DNA from: an uncultured archaeon
GTDB lineage: Archaea > Asgardarchaeota > Heimdallarchaeia > Heimdallarchaeales > Kariarchaeaceae
DNA: 64,000 bases
Assembly (NCBI GenBank): GCA_964645535.1
Contig: CAZYCQ010000001.1
Span: forward strand, 32,001 to 96,000
Direction of reading: 5' to 3'
The notes under the pieces were generated by a model. That model saw nothing but the letters and a program-made list of their open reading frames with translations. It was not told the DNA's origin and ran no database searches. The position numbers and the translations under genes were made by a program. This document shows, in pieces, positions 20,038 through 29,197 of the stretch (position 1 is its first letter; each line of letters begins with the position of its first letter).

Positions 20038-22230
20038 ATGCAGAAAACCGTACCTGATTCCCTTTTCAATTTATTTTATCGAGTAGAAGAGTTGAACTCA
20101 AATATTTACAAGAGTTCTGCATATCACGAGACTGCATCAATTTCCGATATTTGGGAGAAATTCATCACGGATGTTTTTCCTTTGTTGGTTAAGTTGCTTG
20201 AAGAAAGTTCTTTGCTCTTTGAACGATATTATGACGAGTTTCGGATCATCCAGGAAAACCAAGAGAATCAAGACATGAAGATTTTGACTCGTCTAAAAAA
20301 TATCATTGAATTAAGAGCTCATCTGGTTTTTCTTGCCTTTACATACAACAATTTTCTATCTGAAGGAATTTTTGATTTCAGATCTGAACATGCAACGGAT
20401 GGTAAGATTAAAGTCATCTCAAACCTTCATTCAATGCTTGATCTTTTTTTTGATATTAAGCTTCCCTTGGAACTATTCGAATCGATTTCGGATATTGCCA
20501 AACGTGCGCTTCATACCTTGAAAAATGAAAAACTAATCCCGATGATTGAGAGTACCTTGATAAGCAATCCAGATAACATTTTTTCTCTTTTGGAAGGCTG
20601 GCAGGAAATCGGGGATTTTTATAATCTCTCCCTCCCCAATCAAATCAAATTAATTGCAGAAGATTGGTGGTGGGAAGATCCTTTGGCTCTCTACCACCTT
20701 CATGATCAGGGAGAACGTTATTACCTGAAGATATTGGAGGTAATTTCCGCGTATCCTGACTTTGAATATAAAGAAAACTTGAAACAGGTAAAAGAACGCA
20801 GTATTCCCATTTCCAAAACATTGGCTTTTTACAACCTCTCCCGACATCATCTAAATGTAGCCATGGCGGCATTGCGTGAGGGAAATTTCAAAACCGCACG
20901 GGAATTTCTTGAACAGTCCTCAAATTTTGCACGGGTGGCATACGAAAACGTGATGAGCATAAGTTATTTCAAAGGGAAGGGTGAGATTCTTGAAGAAATC
21001 ACGGAACATCTCAGCCATGTTGAAAATCTAGTCAACCTTTCGGAAATTGCCTTGAAGTTTCAGGATCTTTTTGAAACCTATGATGTGAAAAAGCCGGAAA
21101 ATACATTGAATCTGATTAAGGAATTGATTGTCGATTTGGAAGGATTTTCAACGTATCAATCAAGAGATTATGCAACCATTATTCTATTATACAACATTTC
21201 ACTTTCAAACGGACAATTTGTCCTCTCCCGAAGGTCAAACCCTTCAACTTTCAGAAAAGAAATTCTCAAGCCATTTGAAACGTTCAAGCACACTGTTTAT
21301 AGCCGACTCCCCAATTTCTTTAATTTGGAAAATCCCCTTATTGTTCGAAAACATCAAGAGGAAATGGAAGAGATTCATTTTGTGTCGCTTTTTTTCCCAG
21401 GAGAGGTAGATGAAAAACAGAGTTTTGTGAAATTGGTTGAATCGATACAAAGGGTGCTAAAAGCAAAGGAATTAGATGAAAAAGTAGAAATCATCCAGCA
21501 GGACAATATCATTCTCTCAATTCTTCTTCAAACCCGGGCATACTTTTATTTGGTCTCTTCAGGAAAAACATTGGAACCATTGCTCAATGAACAGCTTCAA
21601 AAGATATTCCAGAGGTACATCTTTGAAACACAAAGCAAAGTGTTTCTCTTCCAAAACGATTTCAACCAGCTCATATTGCAGTATATTACCATTCATCAGA
21701 TTCTGCAAAGGTTTACTCTCATCGCAATTGGTTTACTTGAACAAAACCAACAAAAAGATGATACAATAATAGTATCAATAAAAAATGCAATAGAGGATGA
21801 CCAAAAGTTCTCCACATATATTGACCTTGTCCAAGAAGGGTATCTGAATTTGCTGAACATTGCATCAAATCAAGAAGACATTCCACCAGACCTAGTGGCA
21901 AAAATCAAAGCCAAGCTTGCATTGATAGATGCCATAAAAAAATTTTATGGAGCATTAAAAAATTTCTTTCTTGGATTGGCAACCACCATCCATGGAAAGC
22001 CAAGTAACGCCTTACAATTTTTCGGGAAAGCAAAGGATCAAGCCTTTGAAGCCGCAAGAATATTGGAACGAAATAGTACGGAGGAACCCCAGGAACAACT
22101 CCTGGAGGATATTTTTTCATTCGGTGTTCTCTCGCAACACCATGAAAATTCCCCGTCACAAGTTACAGTAAATATGAAAAACGTTGAGAAAATATTGCTT
22201 CTGCTTAAGGGAATAATTTTCAACCTCTAA
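20038..22230 (+). CDS. Large all-helical hypothetical protein (TPR/alpha-solenoid-like)
   Basis: 730 aa of amphipathic helices; TPR-like segments AALREGNFKTAREFLEQS and HGKPSNALQFFGKAK. Confidence 0.55.
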   Translation: MQKTVPDSLFNLFYRVEELNSNIYKSSAYHETASISDIWEKFITDVFPLLVKLLEESSLLFERYYDEFRIIQENQENQDMKILTRLKNIIELRAHLVFLAFTYNNFLSEGIFDFRSEHATDGKIKVISNLHSMLDLFFDIKLPLELFESISDIAKRALHTLKNEKLIPMIESTLISNPDNIFSLLEGWQEIGDFYNLSLPNQIKLIAEDWWWEDPLALYHLHDQGERYYLKILEVISAYPDFEYKENLKQVKERSIPISKTLAFYNLSRHHLNVAMAALREGNFKTAREFLEQSSNFARVAYENVMSISYFKGKGEILEEITEHLSHVENLVNLSEIALKFQDLFETYDVKKPENTLNLIKELIVDLEGFSTYQSRDYATIILLYNISLSNGQFVLSRRSNPSTFRKEILKPFETFKHTVYSRLPNFFNLENPLIVRKHQEEMEEIHFVSLFFPGEVDEKQSFVKLVESIQRVLKAKELDEKVEIIQQDNIILSILLQTRAYFYLVSSGKTLEPLLNEQLQKIFQRYIFETQSKVFLFQNDFNQLILQYITIHQILQRFTLIAIGLLEQNQQKDDTIIVSIKNAIEDDQKFSTYIDLVQEGYLNLLNIASNQEDIPPDLVAKIKAKLALIDAIKKFYGALKNFFLGLATTIHGKPSNALQFFGKAKDQAFEAARILERNSTEEPQEQLLEDIFSFGVLSQHHENSPSQVTVNMKNVEKILLLLKGIIFNL

Positions 22231-22286
22231 TCATCAGGACCATAACGTTAAGTAAAAAAACAGGGAAAGAATAGAAGAAACAGCCT

Positions 22287-22359
22287 GCCATAGTAACTCA
22301 GTTGGTAGAGTGGCAGATTCGTAATCTGCAAGTCGCGGGTTCAAGTCCCGCCTATGGCT
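22287..22359 (+). tRNA. tRNA-Thr(CGT), no intron, no encoded CCA
   Basis: Cloverleaf: GCCATAG/CTATGGC acceptor stem, ACTC/GAGT D-stem, GCAGA-TTCGTAA-TCTGC anticodon arm, GCGGG-TTCAAGT-CCCGC T-arm. Confidence 0.97.
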
Positions 22360-22371
22360 TTACTAGTTTGA

Positions 22372-23088
22372 TCAGAGAGATGTGATCAACCTCTTTTCGT
22401 TTCCGTGTCGAATTTCAATAACCTTGCCTTTCTTGATATGTACAATCCTGTCTGCCTTTTCAGCCAAGGAGGGATCGTGGGTAACCAAAACCACTGTTGT
22501 ATTTTTCTCTTCATTCGCCCTGATAAGAAGATCAAATATTCGAGTTCCTGTATCAACATCAAGGCTACCTGTCGGTTCGTCTGCAAAAATAATCTGGGGT
22601 TCCGTCACCAATGCGCGAGCAATTGCAACTCGTTGCTTTTCCCCTCCAGAAAGCTCTTCCGGGCGATGATTTGCCCGTTCATCAAGACCAACCAATTCAA
22701 GATATTCCTCTACTTTCTGTTTCCTTTGGGAAGAAGTCATTTCCTTTAATCTCAAAGGAAGCTCGATATTTTGATAAGCAGTCAATACCGGGATCAAATT
22801 ATGGTCTTGGTAAATCGTGGATATGACATTTCTCCGGATTTCAGTCCTTACCGATTCTGGCGCTTTTGCAATTTCCTTTCCTTTGATCCAGACTTCACCG
22901 GAACTTGGACGGATCATGCAACTGAGAATATCAAGAAGTGTAGTTTTTCCTGATCCTGAATGCCCCACGATTGCGAGAAACTCACCATTCTCTATTTGAA
23001 AAGAGACATCGTCAAGAGCCCTGACAATATCTTTTTTCCTTCGGTATTCCTTGACCAAATTCTTAATTTCTATTGCAGGTTGCAACAA
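22372..23088 (-). CDS. ABC transporter ATP-binding protein (LolD/MacB-like)
   Basis: GHSGSGKT, LSGGEKQRVAIARAL, ADEPTGSLD and VTHD. Confidence 0.92.
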   Translation of the reverse strand: MLQPAIEIKNLVKEYRRKKDIVRALDDVSFQIENGEFLAIVGHSGSGKTTLLDILSCMIRPSSGEVWIKGKEIAKAPESVRTEIRRNVISTIYQDHNLIPVLTAYQNIELPLRLKEMTSSQRKQKVEEYLELVGLDERANHRPEELSGGEKQRVAIARALVTEPQIIFADEPTGSLDVDTGTRIFDLLIRANEEKNTTVVLVTHDPSLAEKADRIVHIKKGKVIEIRHGNEKRLITSL

Positions 23089-23129
23089 TATTTCATTTGT
23101 AAAATCGTTTAAAAGGACTCATATCATTT

Positions 23130-23747
23130 CTAGTCTGCTTCTGGAAACTTCAGAACCTTAACTTTGTTGACTTCAAATACTTTGACGGGGAAATATTCCT
23201 CAACCTTTTCTTGGATTTGCTCTGCGAATTTGTTTTGGAGCAAATTAGTAACAAAGGATTGGAAAGTAAGATCACCCACTAGTTCCATTAGGGTTTCTTG
23301 CATGATTTTTCGGATTACCTTCTGTTCCGATGTTTTAACCCGAATAGGTGTAACACAGGTGAGCGTGATTCTCAGTTTAGATTTGTCTTTGAGTGTAAGA
23401 TTGTAAATTCCGTCAATTCGGGATCGGTGATTTCGGACTTGGGAACGGATGAAATCTCTTGAAAGCTCATAACGGAAGAATTCAGTATGAGCCACATTGC
23501 CTTTAAGATCAACGATTTTGAAAGTGATAAGTTTGTTCATGTCCTTGAAATTGGCGGTCAAGGTCATGAGGTCAATTTTCACCGTTCTTCCTATAATACT
23601 CTCCTCAGAACTTGATGGGGTTTCCCCTATCACCTTGTCATCAATGTACAAGGGGGTCTTGATTTCTACCCAAATCTTGTTTCTCCATTTTTCAATGGAG
23701 GACATTACTTTCTTTTTTCTGCGGGTTGCGCCTCTTCTTGCACTCAT
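23130..23747 (-). CDS. rps3ae: 30S ribosomal protein eS1 (S3Ae)
   Basis: KWRNKIWVEIKTP, IGETP, IIGRTV, ELSRDFIRSQVRNHRSRID and YFPVKVFEVNKVKVLK. Confidence 0.93.
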   Translation of the reverse strand: MSARRGATRRKKKVMSSIEKWRNKIWVEIKTPLYIDDKVIGETPSSSEESIIGRTVKIDLMTLTANFKDMNKLITFKIVDLKGNVAHTEFFRYELSRDFIRSQVRNHRSRIDGIYNLTLKDKSKLRITLTCVTPIRVKTSEQKVIRKIMQETLMELVGDLTFQSFVTNLLQNKFAEQIQEKVEEYFPVKVFEVNKVKVLKFPEAD

Positions 23748-23854
23748 TGGACTATTCCTCTAGTCGATGTATAATTGAGGATGAGATCGATTCCATTTTA
23801 AACTTACCATAAGTCACAGATCGAAGCTTTCAATTCTCCTGCCCAATAGGTGGT

Positions 23855-24043
23855 TCAGTATTTTCCCTCATATTGCCTGATCAAGTCACGCAGAGCCATC
23901 CGAATTACTTCCGATCTATTGGCGTACCGTTTCTTCCTAACCAATTCATCAATGGCATTGATCATTTCTGGTCTCATTTTTGCGGATGTGGGTTTCAACT
24001 CAGCTTTGGGTTCTTCATCGACAATATTTTGTTTTGGAGCCAT
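23855..24043 (-). CDS. Ribbon-helix-helix (CopG/MetJ/NikR-like) regulator
   Basis: TSAKMRPEMINAIDELVRKKRYANRSEVIRMALRDLI. Confidence 0.85.
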   Translation of the reverse strand: MAPKQNIVDEEPKAELKPTSAKMRPEMINAIDELVRKKRYANRSEVIRMALRDLIRQYEGKY

Positions 24044-24089
24044 GATTAGTATGAGATATCAGAAAATTTAAACCTAGGTTTTACAATTT

Positions 24090-24323
24090 TTGGGGTCAAA
24101 AACATATTTAACAGCTTTTTCTCCATGGGGAATTGTGTGGTTTGTGATTCAATGCAGCAGGTATGAGTGTGCAAAATTCCTAGTGACTAAGGGGGGAACA
24201 AAAACAAGAAAATGTCCATATTGTAGGAGGGTGAATAAGGTGACGGATCGTCTAATTGCCAGATTCCAGACACAGGAAGAGGCGAGGGAATACGCCAAAA
24301 AGAAAAACATGATTGTTCCATAA
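24090..24323 (+). CDS. Small Zn-ribbon protein (DUF1922-like); true start probably a few codons downstream
   Basis: VIQCSRYEC...KTRKCPYC...EEAREY. Confidence 0.65.
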   Translation: MGSKTYLTAFSPWGIVWFVIQCSRYECAKFLVTKGGTKTRKCPYCRRVNKVTDRLIARFQTQEEAREYAKKKNMIVP

Positions 24324-24390
24324 CGTTACGGGGATAGCCCATCAGTAGTTCATATGTATATAGTTTCAAATATATCGCAAAGAAGTGTAA

Positions 24391-24999
24391 ATGATGAACC
24401 TCGCAAATTTCTTGAATGATGTATTTGTCATTCATGAAAATGGATACTGCCTTTTTCATGAGAGTTATGGCAATTCTGATTTCAAGGTCGATGGTGTGGT
24501 TATCAGTGGGTTTTTGTCTGCGATTGATTCTTTTACACATAATTGGGATTCCGGTGCAAGAAAGTTAGAAACCGATAATTACCGATTGATATATCATCGA
24601 AGAGAAGACCTGATCTACGTTGCTCGAGTTCCTCGAACCGTTGATGAGGAAACGATCTTCAATTTTCTTCAGGAAATCTCAATGAAAATGGAAAAACTTG
24701 TCCCAAAATCCTTAGAGCTGAATGGAAATGTTGAACCATTCAAGATTATTAGCCAATTGGTATATCAATATTTCAGCGGTATACGTGCGCCATTGACAAT
24801 GGAAACATCGCTGGAAATTAGTGGAAAGACCTTGAGAATCAAAAATCCCTATGAGGCTAAAATTTTCTCCTATCTTAGACTGAAAGGACGGGTGAAGCTA
24901 AGAAAAGTTGTTGAAGCCTTGAAAATCCCTGAGGAAAAAGCCATGCTTGCTACCAAGCAATTGATGGAAAAAGAGCTGATCAAGGTCGCAGTCTCTTAA
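24391..24999 (+). CDS. Longin-like domain fused to a C-terminal winged helix
   Basis: VFVIHENGYCLFHESY...VISGFLSAIDSF...YRLIYHRREDLIYVA...FLQEI is a longin/sedlin-like pattern. C-terminal KIFSYLRLKGRVKLRKVVEALKIPEEKAMLATKQLMEKELI is wHTH-like. Confidence 0.7.
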   Translation: MMNLANFLNDVFVIHENGYCLFHESYGNSDFKVDGVVISGFLSAIDSFTHNWDSGARKLETDNYRLIYHRREDLIYVARVPRTVDEETIFNFLQEISMKMEKLVPKSLELNGNVEPFKIISQLVYQYFSGIRAPLTMETSLEISGKTLRIKNPYEAKIFSYLRLKGRVKLRKVVEALKIPEEKAMLATKQLMEKELIKVAVS

Positions 25000-25087
25000 A
25001 TTCCATAAAAGCAGATTTTTATGTTTGATTAATGATGTTTTTATTTTCTTGACTCACCTATTAGAATGGAACAGCCGAGTGGACACA

Positions 25088-27175
25088 ATGAGTACGGAAA
25101 GGATTCTTGAACCCATGAAGTTTATGGAGCCATACTTGGATGAAGAAACCACGGAAATTGATGTTGAAGCTTTGATTGGGCTTTTATTGATTTCAAAAGA
25201 AACAAATGTCAAAAGCATTTCCAGAACCCTCGGAAGGAAACAAATCGAAGTAGAGGAACTGCTTGGACGAATACTCCAATCGGGACTTTTCAAATTGAAG
25301 TTTGATGGATCCAAGGTGATCGTTCAAGAGAAAAAATTCAAGCCCAAGACAAGTAATGCTCCCTTGACTGTTCAAGATCAATTCTTTCTGTCCTATGTTA
25401 AAGCTCGGCATATGCTAAGTCTAAAAGAACTTGCAGAGGTTTTTGAGGCAAGAGTGTCTGAAATTCAGAAAAAAATTGCCATCTTTGCCGCACGAGGACT
25501 CATAGAAATAATCCACCAAGATGGAGATTCCTATTTCTTCATTGTGAAATACCTAAGGGAGAAAAAAACACCAGAAACCATCTCGGTAATGGACATTATG
25601 ATTATTGGGTATTTGATGGTGAAGGGGGTAACCACAATCGAAGAAATAAGTCTTGATCTAGATGTTCCAACCCATAGAGTTCAATCCGTGTTGGTTGATC
25701 TCCTCCTTTCTGAAACTATCATTTGTGTCTTTGAATATCAGAAAAACTTTCTACGGGAAAACTCATTGACTCTCAAAATCCGCCAAGTCAACATTACCTT
25801 TCCGACCAAGGAGATATCTGCCCTCAATGAACACCAAAGAACACTCATCGGATTGGTGGGACTCGCCCAAAAAATATCAATGGATAAGCTCACCACAATT
25901 ACCGGACTTTCACGAACAAGAATCATGGAGCTTCTGTGTACATTGACTGTGATGACAACCTACCGGTTTATAATGGACTTCGAAGAGGATGTCATGCTAG
26001 AAGAACCACCAATTTTCTATCCAGCCCGTTCATTGGAAGAAATGGAGGATTTGAACTTCTTCAATTACAGGGAGCTACTTGGGAGAATTTCAACCTCCAA
26101 AAAAATTAGGTTGAGCCAGCTTTCAAGAAAAATGAAAATTCCAAAAGATGAGCTTTACTTACGCTTGATTGACCTTTATGTGGAGGGTCACCTCAAGGGA
26201 AGATTAATCTCAACTGATGAATTCGTTGTGGAAACAATACGGAAGTCAGAAACTTCACAGGTTGAAACTTTATCCAGTGAAGAAAAAATCATTTTAGGAG
26301 GGTTGATTGCTTCAAAAAGACTTACTTGGCCAGAAATAGGAGTTCTACTGAAAATTGATAGAGAACAGTCGATTACCCTTGCATATTCCATGGTGGCCAA
26401 AAACATTGGTGTGATGGAAATCAGAAATGAGAAGGAACTTTTCCTTTTGCAAGAACCATCATTGCCACCATTGGTGACTGTTGAGGAATTGAGTTTTGAG
26501 GATCAAGTCTTGCTAGGATATATGGCTTCTGCTACAAACCCCAATTTAAAAGAAGCCAAGGCGATTCTCCGCAAACCAAGGGTACATCTGCTCTCTCACA
26601 CCTATCTTTTGATAGGATCAGGTCTTCTTGTAGCAAAACAATTGAAACAAAGGTTCAATGTTCATAGGATCCGGATAGAACAACCGAAATCGTCAATTGA
26701 AACAAAATCATTCATTGTTCAGAAGGTTGCTAAAATTTTAGATCAGAATGTAGGATCCAAAGTTTCTCTTAAGAAAATTGCGAAGGAGATGGGGGAGGAA
26801 CCGCGAGTGATCTTTCAAACAGCCCTATTTTTGGTGGCCCAAGGATACATTGTGGGTAAACTTAGAGGAAATGATTTTATTGTGACTCGTTCCTTTGTGA
26901 AATTCAAGGTAGACCATTATTGCTATTTCTGTAATTCTAAGATTGAGAATAAGGATGAACCGTGTCCAGTATGTGAAAATGCCCCAATCAATTGCAGTGT
27001 GTGCAGAGGTTTTATCTCAGCCACAGATGATGTCTTGAAATGCCCGACATGCCAGAATCTTGCCCATCCTGAGCATCTTGAGGAATGGCTACGAATGAAA
27101 GGAGAATGCCCCATTTGCAAGATGAAACTTAGGGCAACACAATTTATCAGAATAGAGGCACCCCTGAAAATCTAA
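25088..27175 (+). CDS. Tandem winged-helix (about 8x) / Zn-ribbon / RING-finger protein, putative E3 ubiquitin ligase
   Basis: Repeated ~70-aa wHTH units, then CYFC..CPVC, then CSVC-x12-CPTC-x4-HPEH-LEEW-x6-CPIC. ATG 25088 preferred over TTG 25025. Confidence 0.8.
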   Translation: MSTERILEPMKFMEPYLDEETTEIDVEALIGLLLISKETNVKSISRTLGRKQIEVEELLGRILQSGLFKLKFDGSKVIVQEKKFKPKTSNAPLTVQDQFFLSYVKARHMLSLKELAEVFEARVSEIQKKIAIFAARGLIEIIHQDGDSYFFIVKYLREKKTPETISVMDIMIIGYLMVKGVTTIEEISLDLDVPTHRVQSVLVDLLLSETIICVFEYQKNFLRENSLTLKIRQVNITFPTKEISALNEHQRTLIGLVGLAQKISMDKLTTITGLSRTRIMELLCTLTVMTTYRFIMDFEEDVMLEEPPIFYPARSLEEMEDLNFFNYRELLGRISTSKKIRLSQLSRKMKIPKDELYLRLIDLYVEGHLKGRLISTDEFVVETIRKSETSQVETLSSEEKIILGGLIASKRLTWPEIGVLLKIDREQSITLAYSMVAKNIGVMEIRNEKELFLLQEPSLPPLVTVEELSFEDQVLLGYMASATNPNLKEAKAILRKPRVHLLSHTYLLIGSGLLVAKQLKQRFNVHRIRIEQPKSSIETKSFIVQKVAKILDQNVGSKVSLKKIAKEMGEEPRVIFQTALFLVAQGYIVGKLRGNDFIVTRSFVKFKVDHYCYFCNSKIENKDEPCPVCENAPINCSVCRGFISATDDVLKCPTCQNLAHPEHLEEWLRMKGECPICKMKLRATQFIRIEAPLKI

Positions 27176-27286
27176 ATTAGATAAGAATGTTGTCAATTGG
27201 ATTTAATAGAATCATGCTTACATGGGAAGATGTATAGAATTCCTTTTTAATTATCTTTCAGGCAGGGGAATCGAGAATTTCAAAAG

Positions 27287-29149
27287 ATGGCGTTTCTTAT
27301 GAAAGGAAGGATTATTGTCTTATTATTATTAATGTCCATATTTGCTGCGGCCATTCCCACAACAGTCCTAGGTCAGGAACAAGAGGGAATACCTTCTCCC
27401 GAGTTTACAGGGATAAGTGTGGATGGCAATACTGTCACTAGGTATGTATTTGATATAAATACAACAGTAAAGATTTCCTATACTGCAGACCGATTTGCAG
27501 TTGATGGAATTTTGCTGTTGGGTCAAGGAAGCAACTTGACTGAAGATATCGCCACCGCCAAATCTTCGAACTATTCCATGACCTTGGACGACCAGTTCAG
27601 AGACAAGAAATTTTTCTCAATTGAAATCAATGTAACGGAATTCACAAAGTTCTACGCATGGGCATGGTTCGGAGATATCACCAATGGAACCCGGGAAGTT
27701 ATAGACAATTTTGATGTGGATCGAGAAGGTGGTAATGGATACCATTATCTTTGGATCAAACAAGGCGAACGATATCCAGAATTCCAAATCATCAGAAATG
27801 CTACATTATATGAAGGTTCAGCAACAGATTTTGTGACAGAGCTCGGTACAACAGTCACTATCGAGTACAGAGTTTATAATCCACAAAATGCGACCAATGC
27901 TGTGATTGCCTTTAGCGACAACAATACAAATGTGTATAACAAAACCACCTCTACACAATTCAACATGACGTTTATTGAATTTGACCAGGCAACCAACTAT
28001 ACAACCTTTGCATTCAACTATACTCTTAATACAAGGGTCGTTTTCTTCTCTGCTTACAATTCAAAAGGTTGGGAAAGAAATGGTATCGATTCGAGAGCAG
28101 GAGTTGTCCACAAATTATCTGCCTATTTCAAATTCAATTCAACCCTTTATGATCTTGACACAAGGGAATTTACGGATTTAGACATTATTGCTCTTAATGT
28201 GACGACGTACAACCAGACTCAAGACGATCTGGTCTTCATGAGATACAGAACATACGACAATCTTACCGATACAGAGCCCACAAACTGGACTGAAGTGCAA
28301 CTGTTCAATATTTCCAACCCATATGAGGTGAACAAAACTGTCAACAATGTCACAGTTGCAACAACATTGGTCACGGTTTATGGATTTCAAATGAACGAAA
28401 CACTCAAATTTGACCAAAAATTAGAAGTACAACCGTTCGTGAAAAATAAGAACTTTACTGAATATTTGGATAAGAAAATTTTCGAAATAGTTGATTCAAG
28501 ACCATCTGGAGAATTGTTCATTGGAAATAACTCATACACAAATGTAACGGATTACACTGTCTTTTTCAAGGCAATCACTGAAAAAGGAGATCTCAAGGAA
28601 GTTGCAATTCTTTACGGTACTGATCCTGAAAACCTTACGAAGACTGTGGTCACCAATAAACCAAAAATAAAACAACGGGCAAATACAACAATAACATTAG
28701 ATCAGGAAGGAAATTACACATTTATTCTCAATATCACCAACTCTTTGAATCGAACAAGAATTTATACATCATTCCTGATTGTAGATCACACTGCCCCAAC
28801 AGTTTCAATTTCTCAGAAAGGTCAAGCTTCTCAAGGAATGATTGAAATCACTATCAATGTGGAGGATGAAAATGGCATATTGATAACCTATATCGATTGG
28901 GGTGACGGATTGGTTCAAGATGTCACAAATATGACAGAAGAAAGCCATACATACCGGAAATCAGGAGAGTATCAAATAACCCTCGTGTCAATTGATAAAG
29001 CAGGCAATATTGCAACCACAAGCATTAATGTGACAATTTCATTACCCACAACTACCGAAACACCAGTAAACACCAATCCAATTGGACTGGTTTCAATCCT
29101 TTCTGCTATAGCCATTGTTCCTTTCATTGGCAAAAAGAGGAAGCCTTGA
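27287..29149 (+). CDS. Secreted, sequon-rich cell-surface protein with C-terminal Ig/PKD domain and membrane anchor
   Basis: Signal peptide, about 30 N-x-S/T sequons, PKD motif IDWGDG...SHTY...GEYQITL, Thr-rich linker, hydrophobic tail and KKRKP. Confidence 0.8.
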   Translation: MAFLMKGRIIVLLLLMSIFAAAIPTTVLGQEQEGIPSPEFTGISVDGNTVTRYVFDINTTVKISYTADRFAVDGILLLGQGSNLTEDIATAKSSNYSMTLDDQFRDKKFFSIEINVTEFTKFYAWAWFGDITNGTREVIDNFDVDREGGNGYHYLWIKQGERYPEFQIIRNATLYEGSATDFVTELGTTVTIEYRVYNPQNATNAVIAFSDNNTNVYNKTTSTQFNMTFIEFDQATNYTTFAFNYTLNTRVVFFSAYNSKGWERNGIDSRAGVVHKLSAYFKFNSTLYDLDTREFTDLDIIALNVTTYNQTQDDLVFMRYRTYDNLTDTEPTNWTEVQLFNISNPYEVNKTVNNVTVATTLVTVYGFQMNETLKFDQKLEVQPFVKNKNFTEYLDKKIFEIVDSRPSGELFIGNNSYTNVTDYTVFFKAITEKGDLKEVAILYGTDPENLTKTVVTNKPKIKQRANTTITLDQEGNYTFILNITNSLNRTRIYTSFLIVDHTAPTVSISQKGQASQGMIEITINVEDENGILITYIDWGDGLVQDVTNMTEESHTYRKSGEYQITLVSIDKAGNIATTSINVTISLPTTTETPVNTNPIGLVSILSAIAIVPFIGKKRKP

Positions 29150-29197
29150 ACCCTGCTTAAGATAGCCATTTTATATTCGATTGAAACGATTATATAC

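Noticed and set aside
22231-22372. tRNA-Thr as an integration site
   Set aside because: I saw no integrase, no duplicated tRNA 3' end and no compositional shift nearby.
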